Source: Candidatus Pacearchaeota archaeon (GTDB lineage: Archaea > Nanobdellota > Nanobdellia > Pacearchaeales > GW2011-AR1). From it: DNA of 64,000 bases. The position numbers were made by a program, and so were the translations under genes. This document shows, in pieces, positions 46,806 through 55,573 of the stretch (positions are counted from its first letter, which is position 1; each line of letters begins with the position of its first letter). Under the pieces are notes generated by a model. It was not told the origin of the DNA, ran no database searches, and saw nothing but the letters and a program-made list of their open reading frames with translations. The stretch covers positions 1,779-65,778 of the forward strand of contig JAGLOA010000003.1 in NCBI GenBank assembly GCA_023139205.1, read 5' to 3'.

Positions 46806-47357
46806 TCATTCTTCAGTTGATTCTTCTTTTAAAGATTCTTGTCTTTTAAGATCAGAATCACTAACATTAAAATAATCATAAAAATCATTGCTCAAAGTAA
46901 TCTCATAAGTATGCCCAATCTTTTTTTTCTTAATTAAACCTAAATCAGTAAATTTTTTTATGTGATCATAAGATTTATTCCCTCGAATTTGAACAATTAC
47001 AGATTGATTAATTGGCTGCTTAAATGCAATTATCGCTAAAGTTTCCTGCTCTGCTTTTGAAAACTCTGCAGAACCTGTAGCTAATTTATTTATTATTTCA
47101 AAATATTCCTGCCTAACATCCATTTTCCACAAATCATTTTTTTTAACAATCTCAATTGCTGAATCTTGTTTTTCATATTTATCTTTAAGTTCCTCAATTA
47201 ATTCCGGGATAATAATTGGATTTAAATCAGAAAGAGAAATCAATTCCTGCATAGACAAAAATCTCCCAGAAACAAAAAAAACAGCTTCAAGTTTCTTTAA
47301 ATCCTCTTTTCTCCTAGAATTATCAATCTCATCAATAGTACTGCTCATTGGTTCCAT
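46806..47357 (-). CDS. scpB: segregation and condensation protein B
   Basis: Tandem wHTH ScpB pattern: ITLSNDFYDYF, AIIAFKQPI. Confidence 0.6.
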   Translation of the reverse strand: MEPMSSTIDEIDNSRRKEDLKKLEAVFFVSGRFLSMQELISLSDLNPIIIPELIEELKDKYEKQDSAIEIVKKNDLWKMDVRQEYFEIINKLATGSAEFSKAEQETLAIIAFKQPINQSVIVQIRGNKSYDHIKKFTDLGLIKKKKIGHTYEITLSNDFYDYFNVSDSDLKRQESLKEESTEE

Positions 47358-47447
47358 AACTTAACAAAAGAAATGATGTTTAAAAGTATTTTTGATTAGT
47401 TAATTCATCACAACAATTTTTATAAAGTTTAGAGATACATTTTTAAT

Positions 47448-47660
47448 ATGATTAATGAAGAATATTTTAAAGAAAAGATAGACAAAGAACATATATCTCC
47501 GGAAGATATTTTAAATTCATATAATCCTTTAACAAAAGAGATGATTGAAAAAGGAAAAATTTGGAACCATGTTTGGGGACAAACTGATTGGGGACAAGAA
47601 TCTTGGGGACGAGAATGGGGCAAGGATTGGGGAAAAGAAACTTGGAATCAAGCTAGCTAA
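47448..47660 (+). CDS. candidate RiPP precursor peptide with C-terminal tandem W-G-x-x repeats
   Basis: 70 aa; the C-terminal 30 aa are VWGQTD WGQES WGRE WGKD WGKET WNQAS, from imperfect 12-15-bp DNA repeats. The stop is 1 nt before the next gene. Confidence 0.45.
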   Translation: MINEEYFKEKIDKEHISPEDILNSYNPLTKEMIEKGKIWNHVWGQTDWGQESWGREWGKDWGKETWNQAS

Positions 47661-47661
47661 A

Positions 47662-48363
47662 ATGTCTGTTTTAAACTATTCTCTAGGGAAAAACAAAAAA
47701 ATCTTATTCTTTGGGGTTAATCACAGTAATTCTGATTTTTTACAAATAAAGAATTTAAAAGATAATCTTGTAAAATTTAATCCAGATCTTATTTTAATTG
47801 AAGGGGGATTTGAAAGAGCAAATTTTGAAACTGAAAAAGAATCAATATCTCAGGGGGAATTGGGATTTGCATCTTATTTTTCAAAGAGAAATAATTTTGA
47901 ACTTCTCGGAAATGACCCTCCTGAAAAAGATTCGATAAACTTTCTAAATTCTATTTATGGGGGAAATTTTTCTTTTTTGTATTTTGTTTTGAGAAATTTT
48001 TCTTATTTCATCTCAATTAAAAAGATTTCTTCAGATGAAAAAGGGTTGCTTTTTGCTATAGAAGACTTTGTAAATACTTTTAATGAAGATATTCCTCTTT
48101 TCTCAATTCAAAAATTTAAAGAATTTTTCTTTACAATATTCAAAAAGCCATTTTCTTTTAAAGAGAATTATTCCTCATACGCTTCTTCCCTATCTCAAAA
48201 CAAAAAAATGAAGCAGGCCACAAAAAGACTAAGTCTTTTTAGAGATTTTTATATGTTTAACAAAATATTAAATTCCCTTAAAGAAAAAGATAGAATTTTT
48301 ATAATTAAGGGAGAAAGTCATTTAGAAATATTTAAAAGATATTTTAAAGATTTTTTTGAGTAA
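47662..48363 (+). CDS. TraB/GumN-family protein
   Basis: ILFFGVNHSNSD..PDLILIEGGFER near the N-terminus and IFIIKGESHLE near the C-terminus, which match the TraB family pattern. Confidence 0.4.
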   Translation: MSVLNYSLGKNKKILFFGVNHSNSDFLQIKNLKDNLVKFNPDLILIEGGFERANFETEKESISQGELGFASYFSKRNNFELLGNDPPEKDSINFLNSIYGGNFSFLYFVLRNFSYFISIKKISSDEKGLLFAIEDFVNTFNEDIPLFSIQKFKEFFFTIFKKPFSFKENYSSYASSLSQNKKMKQATKRLSLFRDFYMFNKILNSLKEKDRIFIIKGESHLEIFKRYFKDFFE

Positions 48364-49609
48364 AAAAATGATATTTCAATTAGAAACATTTGAAGACGAA
48401 ATAAAATTCATTGCAGATAAAGATACTGGTAAATGGGTTCTTGGAAGAGACATAACACAAGAAGTTATTAAAAAAATTTCAAATCCATTTTTAGAAAAAA
48501 TTCCTAAACGTGTTGGCAAAATTGTTTTAAATATGGGAAGAGAATGCAATCTTGACTGCACTTATTGTTTAGTAGGAAATTTAAAAGAACAAACTTTAAA
48601 ACTAAATATGAAAGTTGGAAAAAAAGTTCTAGAAGCAGTTTCTGAGATGGATCTACATGAAAGAAATATAGTATTTCATGGGAGTGAACCTATGATGAAT
48701 TATAAAGTTATTAAGAAATTACTAAGGTTTAATAAAGATAAATTAAGAAACAAGATTTCTTTTTCCATACAATCAAATGGGACTCTTTTTACAAAAGAAA
48801 ATTTAAGATTATTAGAATCTTATCGTGTGGGAATTGGAATTAGTTTGGATGGTAAAGAAGAACATCAAAACAAACAAAGACCCTACAAAAAAGGAATGTC
48901 CTCTTATAAAAAAGTTATTAAAAATATGGAGATGGTAAAAAATTTTCAAGGAAATATCTCTACTATAACTGTTGTTACTAAAAATAATGTTTCTGATTTA
49001 GTTAAAATTACTAAATCTTATGAAAATCAAGGAATAGAATCTGTCTTATTTGCACCTGTCAGTCCAACAAAAAATTTTCAAGACATCCCAAATCAAAAAA
49101 TTCTTACACAAAACATACAAGAGGTTATAGATAAATACATAAAAAACACAGAAAAAGGTGTTTCCACCTTAAAGATTAGAAATTTAAGGGATTATTTAAG
49201 AATATTTTTTAGAGAAAAAACAACTTCAAACTGCTTACAATGCGGATCTGGAACATCTCAACCAATTTTAGCAATTGATTCTGATGGAACTATTTATCCC
49301 TGTGATTTTTTTTGGGGAAATGAAGAATATAAAATCGGAAATATTTTTAAAATGAGCCTTAAAGAAGCCTTAATTTCAGAGAAAAATATGAGATGTTTTA
49401 GAAATGTTAACGAAATTCCTACATGTGGGGATGCTTGCAATTGGAAACGCTTTTGTGGAGGAGGATGTCCTGGAAGCAATGTTTCATCAGATAGAGGATT
49501 AAATGAAAATTCTCATTATTGCCAATATAACAAAAAAATGTTTGAATATATAGCTAAAAAAATTCCCTTGTTGCACACAAAAGGATTAATTGGGAAGCTT
49601 ATTGAATAG
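48356..49609 (+). CDS. radical SAM enzyme with a C-terminal SPASM domain
   Basis: CNLDCTYC (CX3CX2C) and FHGSEP; C-terminal CLQCGSG..PCDFF..CGDACNW..CGGGCPG. Confidence 0.85.
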   Translation: MSKKMIFQLETFEDEIKFIADKDTGKWVLGRDITQEVIKKISNPFLEKIPKRVGKIVLNMGRECNLDCTYCLVGNLKEQTLKLNMKVGKKVLEAVSEMDLHERNIVFHGSEPMMNYKVIKKLLRFNKDKLRNKISFSIQSNGTLFTKENLRLLESYRVGIGISLDGKEEHQNKQRPYKKGMSSYKKVIKNMEMVKNFQGNISTITVVTKNNVSDLVKITKSYENQGIESVLFAPVSPTKNFQDIPNQKILTQNIQEVIDKYIKNTEKGVSTLKIRNLRDYLRIFFREKTTSNCLQCGSGTSQPILAIDSDGTIYPCDFFWGNEEYKIGNIFKMSLKEALISEKNMRCFRNVNEIPTCGDACNWKRFCGGGCPGSNVSSDRGLNENSHYCQYNKKMFEYIAKKIPLLHTKGLIGKLIE

Positions 49610-49716
49610 TTCTCTCCAAAACATAAGTTCTAAATAAATCTCAAACAATTTTAATAAATAAATTTCTAAACTTTATACAACAAGATTTAAAAATCGTTCT
49701 TTCTTTAAGAATATTA

Positions 49717-50289
49717 ATGAAAAAGAAAAAAAGAGGGATAACAATAAAATTAGTTTTTTCTAACAGATGGCTTTATACTTTTATTGTAATTGGAATTTTA
49801 GCGATAATTGGTGTTGGTGTTTACGCATTAACAGCAGGAGAGACTCCAGACCCAGGACATAATATCCAAAATATTGGTCCTCCAAGTGATTGTGTTAATG
49901 GACAAGTTTTGCAATTTATTGATGGAGCTTGGGGATGTGTGAATTTACCTGGAGGAGAGACTATTCTAAAAACAAAAATAGTAGAAATAGGTAATTGGGA
50001 TATGAATGCTAATAGCTATGTGATGGTAGCTCATGGCTTAGGTAGCAATTATAAAAAAATAAGAGATATACGAGTTATGATTCGCAGAGATGATAATTTA
50101 GGTCATTTTTTACTTGATAAATTTCAAGATGCAACTGATCCTGTTTTAATTATGGGAGGAGTTTATTCAATAACTAGTGTAAATATTGTTATACAAAGAC
50201 GAACTGATGGTCATTTTGATCGTGATACTTTTGAGGTTATGGGCGATGATGGAAACAGAGGTTGGATATACATAGTTTATGAAGAATAA
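49717..50289 (+). CDS. hypothetical secreted/membrane-anchored protein
   Basis: N-terminal TM; 190 aa. Confidence 0.35.
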   Translation: MKKKKRGITIKLVFSNRWLYTFIVIGILAIIGVGVYALTAGETPDPGHNIQNIGPPSDCVNGQVLQFIDGAWGCVNLPGGETILKTKIVEIGNWDMNANSYVMVAHGLGSNYKKIRDIRVMIRRDDNLGHFLLDKFQDATDPVLIMGGVYSITSVNIVIQRRTDGHFDRDTFEVMGDDGNRGWIYIVYEE

Positions 50290-50298
50290 AACTAAATC

Positions 50299-50907
50299 TT
50301 AAATCTCAGCATCTGTCCAAAAATCATATATCTTAAATTTGACTTTTTTTTCATTAAAATAATCTTTAATTTTCTTTACACTTTCCAATGGAATAAGTAT
50401 GGCACTTTTTCCTAATTTAATTCCGTTCAATTGTTGAACCAATCCAAGGTAATTTTGTTTATTTAATTTAAACCCAAATAATTTTCTAAACACTCCTATT
50501 CTTTTTTTATCAGGCTTTATATTTTCAAAAACAAAAACAGAATAAGAATAATTTTTTTCTGCATTTGCTCTATATTTTCCATAAAGCAAAATTCCAGTAT
50601 TTATTATTGCTCTTTTCAAATCTTTCCACTCTTCACTCTCAATATCCCCCGCAATAATTGAAAACTCATTTTTCACCCCTTTCAACCTCCATTTCTTAGC
50701 ATTTTCAGTTTTATAAAATTCTTCTTGCAAAACCTGTATCTTTTTATTCTTTTTTTTATCAATATCTACAAATAAATCTATATCTGAATCAGAATCAAAA
50801 TCTCCCCTTGCAACAGAACCATAAAGAATAATCTTTCTTATGTCTATCTTTCGCACTAAAAAACCTGCAAATTCCATAGCATAAGAAATAAGATTATTTC
50901 TTTTCAT
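50299..50907 (-). CDS. nucleotidyltransferase (MNT) domain protein
   Basis: GSVARGDFDSDSDIDLFV motif. Confidence 0.65.
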   Translation of the reverse strand: MKRNNLISYAMEFAGFLVRKIDIRKIILYGSVARGDFDSDSDIDLFVDIDKKKNKKIQVLQEEFYKTENAKKWRLKGVKNEFSIIAGDIESEEWKDLKRAIINTGILLYGKYRANAEKNYSYSVFVFENIKPDKKRIGVFRKLFGFKLNKQNYLGLVQQLNGIKLGKSAILIPLESVKKIKDYFNEKKVKFKIYDFWTDAEI

Positions 50908-51298
50908 TTTTTAATCCCTCATTTATAATTTTTCTTAATTCCTGAAAATTCCTTAATACATTCTCTATTCTGAATTTTGGTTTTCTTGAACCATAACACA
51001 AAGCAATTCTTTCAAGCTCTATTTCTTTCATAAAAGAAAGAATTTTATTCTTTAAAGGAAAATCAAAAGGAAGTTTCTTATTAATTAAATTTTTATTTTT
51101 AAAAATTCTATGGTCAAACTGATCTCCAGATCCCTCTATTAAATGAAGTTTATGTAAAAATAAAGAAAACAATTCAACAGAACCTTGCGAAACATTAAAA
51201 CCAATATTTCTCTGATTTTTTATAACTCCCTCATCTATTGCCCGATTAATATTTTCAAGATGTTCTTTAAATGCTTCTTCATGTTGTTCAATTTTCAT
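50894..51298 (-). CDS. putative HEPN-like partner of the MNT (antitoxin/toxin pair 2)
   Basis: Alpha-helical 134-aa protein overlapping the MNT gene by 14 nt; no clear R-x4-6-H motif. Confidence 0.4.
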   Translation of the reverse strand: MKIEQHEEAFKEHLENINRAIDEGVIKNQRNIGFNVSQGSVELFSLFLHKLHLIEGSGDQFDHRIFKNKNLINKKLPFDFPLKNKILSFMKEIELERIALCYGSRKPKFRIENVLRNFQELRKIINEGLKNEKK

Positions 51299-51300
51299 TG

Positions 51301-51391
51301 TTACAAATGTAATTATTTTTTATTACAAATGTAATTAACTATTTAAGTCTTTTTATATTACAAAAGTAACAATTTTTTATTACAAATGTAA
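51301..51391. promoter_or_regulatory. four copies of the inverted-repeat operator-like motif TTACAAATGTAA upstream of toxin-antitoxin pair 2
   Basis: Copies at 51301-51312, 51323-51334, 51358-51369 (one mismatch) and 51380-51391. Confidence 0.5.
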
Positions 51392-52480
51392 CTAAACCTT
51401 AAATCTCAAAATAGCGCCAATCCCTCCAAGATTCTTGAATTGCTCTCCTTCCTCTGTTTCAGTGGAAATAATCTCAAAATCTGAACCCATATCTCCAGCT
51501 ATTTTTTTTAATTCTTTTGCAATCTTTTTATCAATCTCTTTAGATAAAAACAACATATCTACTGCACCATATTCCAAAGCTTTCTTAGTATCCTCCTCTT
51601 TCAATGTAGCTAAATAAGGTTTCTCCCCTAAAGTTTCAAAAAACCTTTCCAAAACTTTTTTCTCATGAATAATTTCCTGACCTGCTAAAATGTCTTGAGA
51701 TTTTATAACAAGTTCTTTTAAACCAGATTCATCAGAATCCCCAATATCAATTTTTCCAATAAATTTTTCTCTTAATTTTGTAGCTAAGTATTCTCCATCA
51801 ATAAACTCATCTTTTGTTGGAATAGGCCCTCCAATTAAAATTCCTTTAAGTTTTGTCATCTCAAAAAAAATAGTTTTCATTTCATCTGCAATCCTTTTAT
51901 AAAAATCTTTAGTTAATCCTTCGGTAATTCTATGGAATCTTTGGGCACTCTGACCCCCGGCCCTAACCTTACTTGGAACACCAGAAGTCATTTTTTGCAA
52001 AACTTCTATTCTTTTTCCTTCTAATAATCCAATAGTTGCTTCTTTCCTGTCCATTACAAGAAGCCCAAAAACTTCATCAACTTCAAGCATTGTTTTTAAT
52101 GGTTCTAAAACAAATTCCTTGTCACACCTATATAATCTTGTCTTTAAAGGCATAGGAGGTTCAATATCCCATAATTGCAAATCCTGTTGACCATCTACCA
52201 GAGAAACATTTCCGCAAAATAAAGCAAGACCATTTTCAGGAGTTTTCTTCAAAGTTTTTAAATGCCTTACAATCTTCTCTAATGCCTCAGTAACATTCTT
52301 TCTCGTAGAAGTAGACTTAATATTTTTAGAAGTAGATTTTTCAGCTTCAAGCTGTCTCTGAACAGAATTAACATCATAACCCTCAGAAATATAAACAGAA
52401 ATAAGTTCAGTATGTTTCCCTTTATATTCTTCAAGTTCTTCTAAAAGTTCTTCTAATTCAAATTTTGTTAATACTGTCAT
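51392..52480 (-). CDS. prf1: peptide chain release factor aRF1
   Basis: NIKS and GGQ motifs. Confidence 0.8.
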   Translation of the reverse strand: MTVLTKFELEELLEELEEYKGKHTELISVYISEGYDVNSVQRQLEAEKSTSKNIKSTSTRKNVTEALEKIVRHLKTLKKTPENGLALFCGNVSLVDGQQDLQLWDIEPPMPLKTRLYRCDKEFVLEPLKTMLEVDEVFGLLVMDRKEATIGLLEGKRIEVLQKMTSGVPSKVRAGGQSAQRFHRITEGLTKDFYKRIADEMKTIFFEMTKLKGILIGGPIPTKDEFIDGEYLATKLREKFIGKIDIGDSDESGLKELVIKSQDILAGQEIIHEKKVLERFFETLGEKPYLATLKEEDTKKALEYGAVDMLFLSKEIDKKIAKELKKIAGDMGSDFEIISTETEEGEQFKNLGGIGAILRFKV

Positions 52481-54939
52481 TCTAAAAACCCCACCTTAAA
52501 TTGTTTCCCTTCTTTAATTTCTTTTGCATTTGTAACATTTTTCAAATCATCTAACATCTCTTTCAAATCCCCATAATTTGTTTTATTAATTGTTAAAATG
52601 CATTCTGCATTCATAGATTTTTGATTCTTTGTTTTTTCTTGTCTAACATTAGATAAAACTTCATAAAATAAACTTAAATCTTTATTTGAATCTTCAAACT
52701 TTCCAGTTCTTGGCCAAGAACTAATATGAATTGACTTGTCCTTTTCAATTTTCTTAAAATGTTCTTGATAAATTTCTTCTGTAACAAAAGGCATAATTGG
52801 GGCAATCATTTTTAAAATAGCTAAAAGAGATTTATACAAAGTATATTGTGCAGAAAGTTTCTTATCCCCTTCTCCCTGATAAACTCTTTTCTTTACAATC
52901 TCCAAATAATTATCGCAAAAATCATTCCAAAAAAAACTCTCAATCTCTTGCTTTACTTTTGAATATTCATATTTTTCAAAATTCTTTCCAGCTTCATTTA
53001 CAACATAATCTAATTTGTTTAAAAACAATTCATCCAACTTTTCCAACTTCTTTTGTTTTGCCCCAGAATTCAGTGTTTTGGGGCTTCGGAGAAGTTCTCG
53101 CACCTCCTTGGTGTACACCGAGGCCTCCCTCTTCGGGAGGTCATCCCGTGGGAAGCGGTGCGACCCATCCCATCCCTCTAAATTCATAAAAACAAATCTA
53201 GATGCATTCATTAATTTAGTTATCATTTTTTTTCCTGTAACTAAATCTTTTTCCTGATAATCTAAATCATTTCCTAACTTAGAACTTGCGGCAGCAAACC
53301 TCAAAGCATCTGCACCATACTCTTCCATAATTTTAATTGGGTCAAGAACATTTCCTTTTGACTTTGACATTTTCTCTCCGCCAAGCGTAACAAAACCAGA
53401 AATCACAATATCTTTCCAGGGAATTTCTTTTTCATGCAAATAAGATTTAACAATTGTATAAAATGCCCAAGTTCGAATTATATCATGTGCCTGTGGACGA
53501 AAAGAAAAAGGTAAACCAATCCTCCCTTTTGCCTGTGCTAATTCTGCAGCAATCTGAGGAGTCATAGAAGAGGTAGCCCATGTATCTAAAACCATTTTTT
53601 CAGGCTCAGCAATTTTATGACACTTAGGACATTTTTTTTCAACTTGCAAAGGATCAACAGGGAGCTCATTTTCAGAAGGCAAAATAATTTCCCCGCAAGA
53701 ACATTCCCAAACAGGAATAGGAATTCCAAAATGCCTGTTCCTTGAAATACTCCAATCCCATTCTAAACCATTAACCCAATTATCATATCTCTTATGCATA
53801 AATTCAGGATACCAATTTATCTTATTTCCCTGAGCAATTAATTTATCTTTTTTGTCTAAAATTTTAATAAACCATTGCTCTGTCGGCAAGAATTCAATTC
53901 CAGTTCCACATTTATCATGACAATTCAAAACATGACTAATTTCTTTTTTCTCTTTAATCAAACCCTCTTTTTTCAAATCTTCTAAAATCTTTTTTCTTGC
54001 GTCTTTAATTTTCAAACCCTTATACTTTCCAATATTCAAAGTCCCATCTTTTTCTAAAACAATTTTTGGATTAAGACCATGACGATTAATTGCATCCACA
54101 TCAAATCTATCTCCATAACTGCAAATCATTAAGACACCAGTCCCTTTATCAATTTCAGCAGATTTATCTTCAAGAATAGGAACTTCTTGATTAAACAAAG
54201 GAACTTTTGCTTTTTTTCCGACGAGAGTTTTATATCTCTTATCCAGAGGATTAACAAAAACTGCAACACAAGCCCCCAATAATTCAGGACGGGTTGTAGC
54301 AACCAATAAATCTTTTTTGTTGCATTTAAACTTCAAAGTTGAAAACAAACTCGTCTCTTCTTTATCTTCCAATTCTGCCTGAGCAATAGAAGTTTGGCAT
54401 TCAGGACACCACAAAGTTGGAAACTCTTTTTTATAAGCTTCTTTTTTCTTAACTAAATCAATAAAAGATTTCTGAGAAACTTTTTGTGAATGTTTATCAA
54501 TTGTCGAATAATAAATATCATAATCTGAAGAAATTCCTAAATCCCTAAAATCTTTAATGCAGATTGGAGTAACTTTTTTAAGAGTTTTCAAACACAATGC
54601 AATAAATTTAGAACGACCCATATCCTTGCTTTTAACTTTGTTTTCCTTTTCAATAAATCTCTCTGTAGGCAAACCATTATCATCTGTTCCAAAAGGATAA
54701 AAAATATTCTTCCCTTTCATTCTCATAAATCTAATTATAAAATCCTGCTGCGAATAACTAAAAGCATGCCCAATATGCATTCTCCCAGAAATATACGGCG
54801 GAGGAGTATCTACGCTAAAAATCTCTTCTTTCCTCTTTGCATCAAACTTGTAAATCCCTTGGTTTTCCCAGAATTTTCTCCATTTTTCTTCAATACCCTT
54901 AAAATCAAATTTAGACTTTGCCATGAGGAAAATACCCAC
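52477..54939 (-). CDS. valS: valine--tRNA ligase (class I aaRS), containing an in-frame GC-rich insertion
   Basis: HIGH-like PPPYISGRMHIGHA, KMSKS, WNDFCDNYLE. Roughly 40 extra residues, encoded by repeat copy B3, follow NASRFVFMNLEG. Confidence 0.75.
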   Translation of the reverse strand: MGIFLMAKSKFDFKGIEEKWRKFWENQGIYKFDAKRKEEIFSVDTPPPYISGRMHIGHAFSYSQQDFIIRFMRMKGKNIFYPFGTDDNGLPTERFIEKENKVKSKDMGRSKFIALCLKTLKKVTPICIKDFRDLGISSDYDIYYSTIDKHSQKVSQKSFIDLVKKKEAYKKEFPTLWCPECQTSIAQAELEDKEETSLFSTLKFKCNKKDLLVATTRPELLGACVAVFVNPLDKRYKTLVGKKAKVPLFNQEVPILEDKSAEIDKGTGVLMICSYGDRFDVDAINRHGLNPKIVLEKDGTLNIGKYKGLKIKDARKKILEDLKKEGLIKEKKEISHVLNCHDKCGTGIEFLPTEQWFIKILDKKDKLIAQGNKINWYPEFMHKRYDNWVNGLEWDWSISRNRHFGIPIPVWECSCGEIILPSENELPVDPLQVEKKCPKCHKIAEPEKMVLDTWATSSMTPQIAAELAQAKGRIGLPFSFRPQAHDIIRTWAFYTIVKSYLHEKEIPWKDIVISGFVTLGGEKMSKSKGNVLDPIKIMEEYGADALRFAAASSKLGNDLDYQEKDLVTGKKMITKLMNASRFVFMNLEGWDGSHRFPRDDLPKREASVYTKEVRELLRSPKTLNSGAKQKKLEKLDELFLNKLDYVVNEAGKNFEKYEYSKVKQEIESFFWNDFCDNYLEIVKKRVYQGEGDKKLSAQYTLYKSLLAILKMIAPIMPFVTEEIYQEHFKKIEKDKSIHISSWPRTGKFEDSNKDLSLFYEVLSNVRQEKTKNQKSMNAECILTINKTNYGDLKEMLDDLKNVTNAKEIKEGKQFKVGFLE
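53059..53178. repeat. GC-rich mosaic repeat element B, copy 3, in-frame inside valS
   Basis: ccccagaattcag...ggggcttcggagaagttctcgcacctccttggtgtac...gggaggtcatcccgtgggaag. Confidence 0.5.
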
Positions 54940-54975
54940 AACAACTTTTAAAAACTATCCTTTTCTACCTTAAAT

Positions 54976-55134
54976 ATGGCAGACAGCAATGTAAACATGC
55001 CCTCAGGATTTGGAGGGTTAATGAGATTTAAAGAAGAATATGCAAGTATTTTCAATCTAAAACCAACACACATAATCTTATTTGTAATTTTAATAGTAAT
55101 CTTTAGATTTTCTTTAGAATTCTTTATAAAATAA
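54976..55134 (+). CDS. secG: preprotein translocase subunit SecG/Sec61beta (not in the ORF track)
   Basis: 52 aa: MADSNVNMPSGFGGLMRFKEEYASIFNLKPTHIILFVILIVIFRFSLEFFIK, with an (S/G)GL(M/I)R(F/Y) motif and a C-terminal TM. Confidence 0.55.
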   Translation: MADSNVNMPSGFGGLMRFKEEYASIFNLKPTHIILFVILIVIFRFSLEFFIK

Positions 55135-55135
55135 A

Positions 55136-55465
55136 ATGTTTCCAGGATTAAACCCAAAAAAAATGCAGGCAGTAATGAAACAGATGGGAATAGCCCAGGA
55201 AGAAATTTCTGCTTCAAGAGTTATAATTGAAAAAACAGATAATTCTAAGATAATTATTGAATCCCCTTCTGTAACAAAAATAAAAATGCAGGGGCAGGAG
55301 ACTTTTCAGATTGCAGGAGAAATTTCAGAAGAATCAGGGGAAATTGGAATTTCAGAAGAAGATGTTCAAACTGTAATGGAAAAAACAGGAAAATCAGAGG
55401 AAGAAGCAAAAGAGGCTTTAGAAAAAACAGGTGATTTAGCGGAGGCAATTCTTGAGTTAAGTTAA
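55136..55465 (+). CDS. nac: nascent polypeptide-associated complex protein
   Basis: NAC domain plus a C-terminal UBA-like EEEAKEALEKTGDLAEAIL. Confidence 0.8.
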   Translation: MFPGLNPKKMQAVMKQMGIAQEEISASRVIIEKTDNSKIIIESPSVTKIKMQGQETFQIAGEISEESGEIGISEEDVQTVMEKTGKSEEEAKEALEKTGDLAEAILELS

Positions 55466-55573
55466 TAAGGATTCTATAAAGTTTGATTAAAAGTTGTTAT
55501 ATCTAATTTAGAATTCTAGAGAAAAGAATGAAATCAAAAGCTTTATATACTACTACATAGTTACAATTATAAA

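Noticed and set aside
47429-47623. Minus-strand ORF reading the WG-repeat DNA as a P-Q-rich peptide.
   Set aside because: The plus-strand reading is translationally coupled to the downstream TraB and rSAM genes and gives the regular W-G-x-x periodicity. The minus-strand ORF would be an isolated antisense gene.
50894-51298. Firm HEPN assignment for the partner of the second MNT.
   Set aside because: No convincing R-x4-6-H motif was found by eye, so it is only called a putative partner.
54948-55217. Minus-strand 89-aa ORF.
   Set aside because: It is antisense to the secG–nac junction, both of which have clear family signatures.
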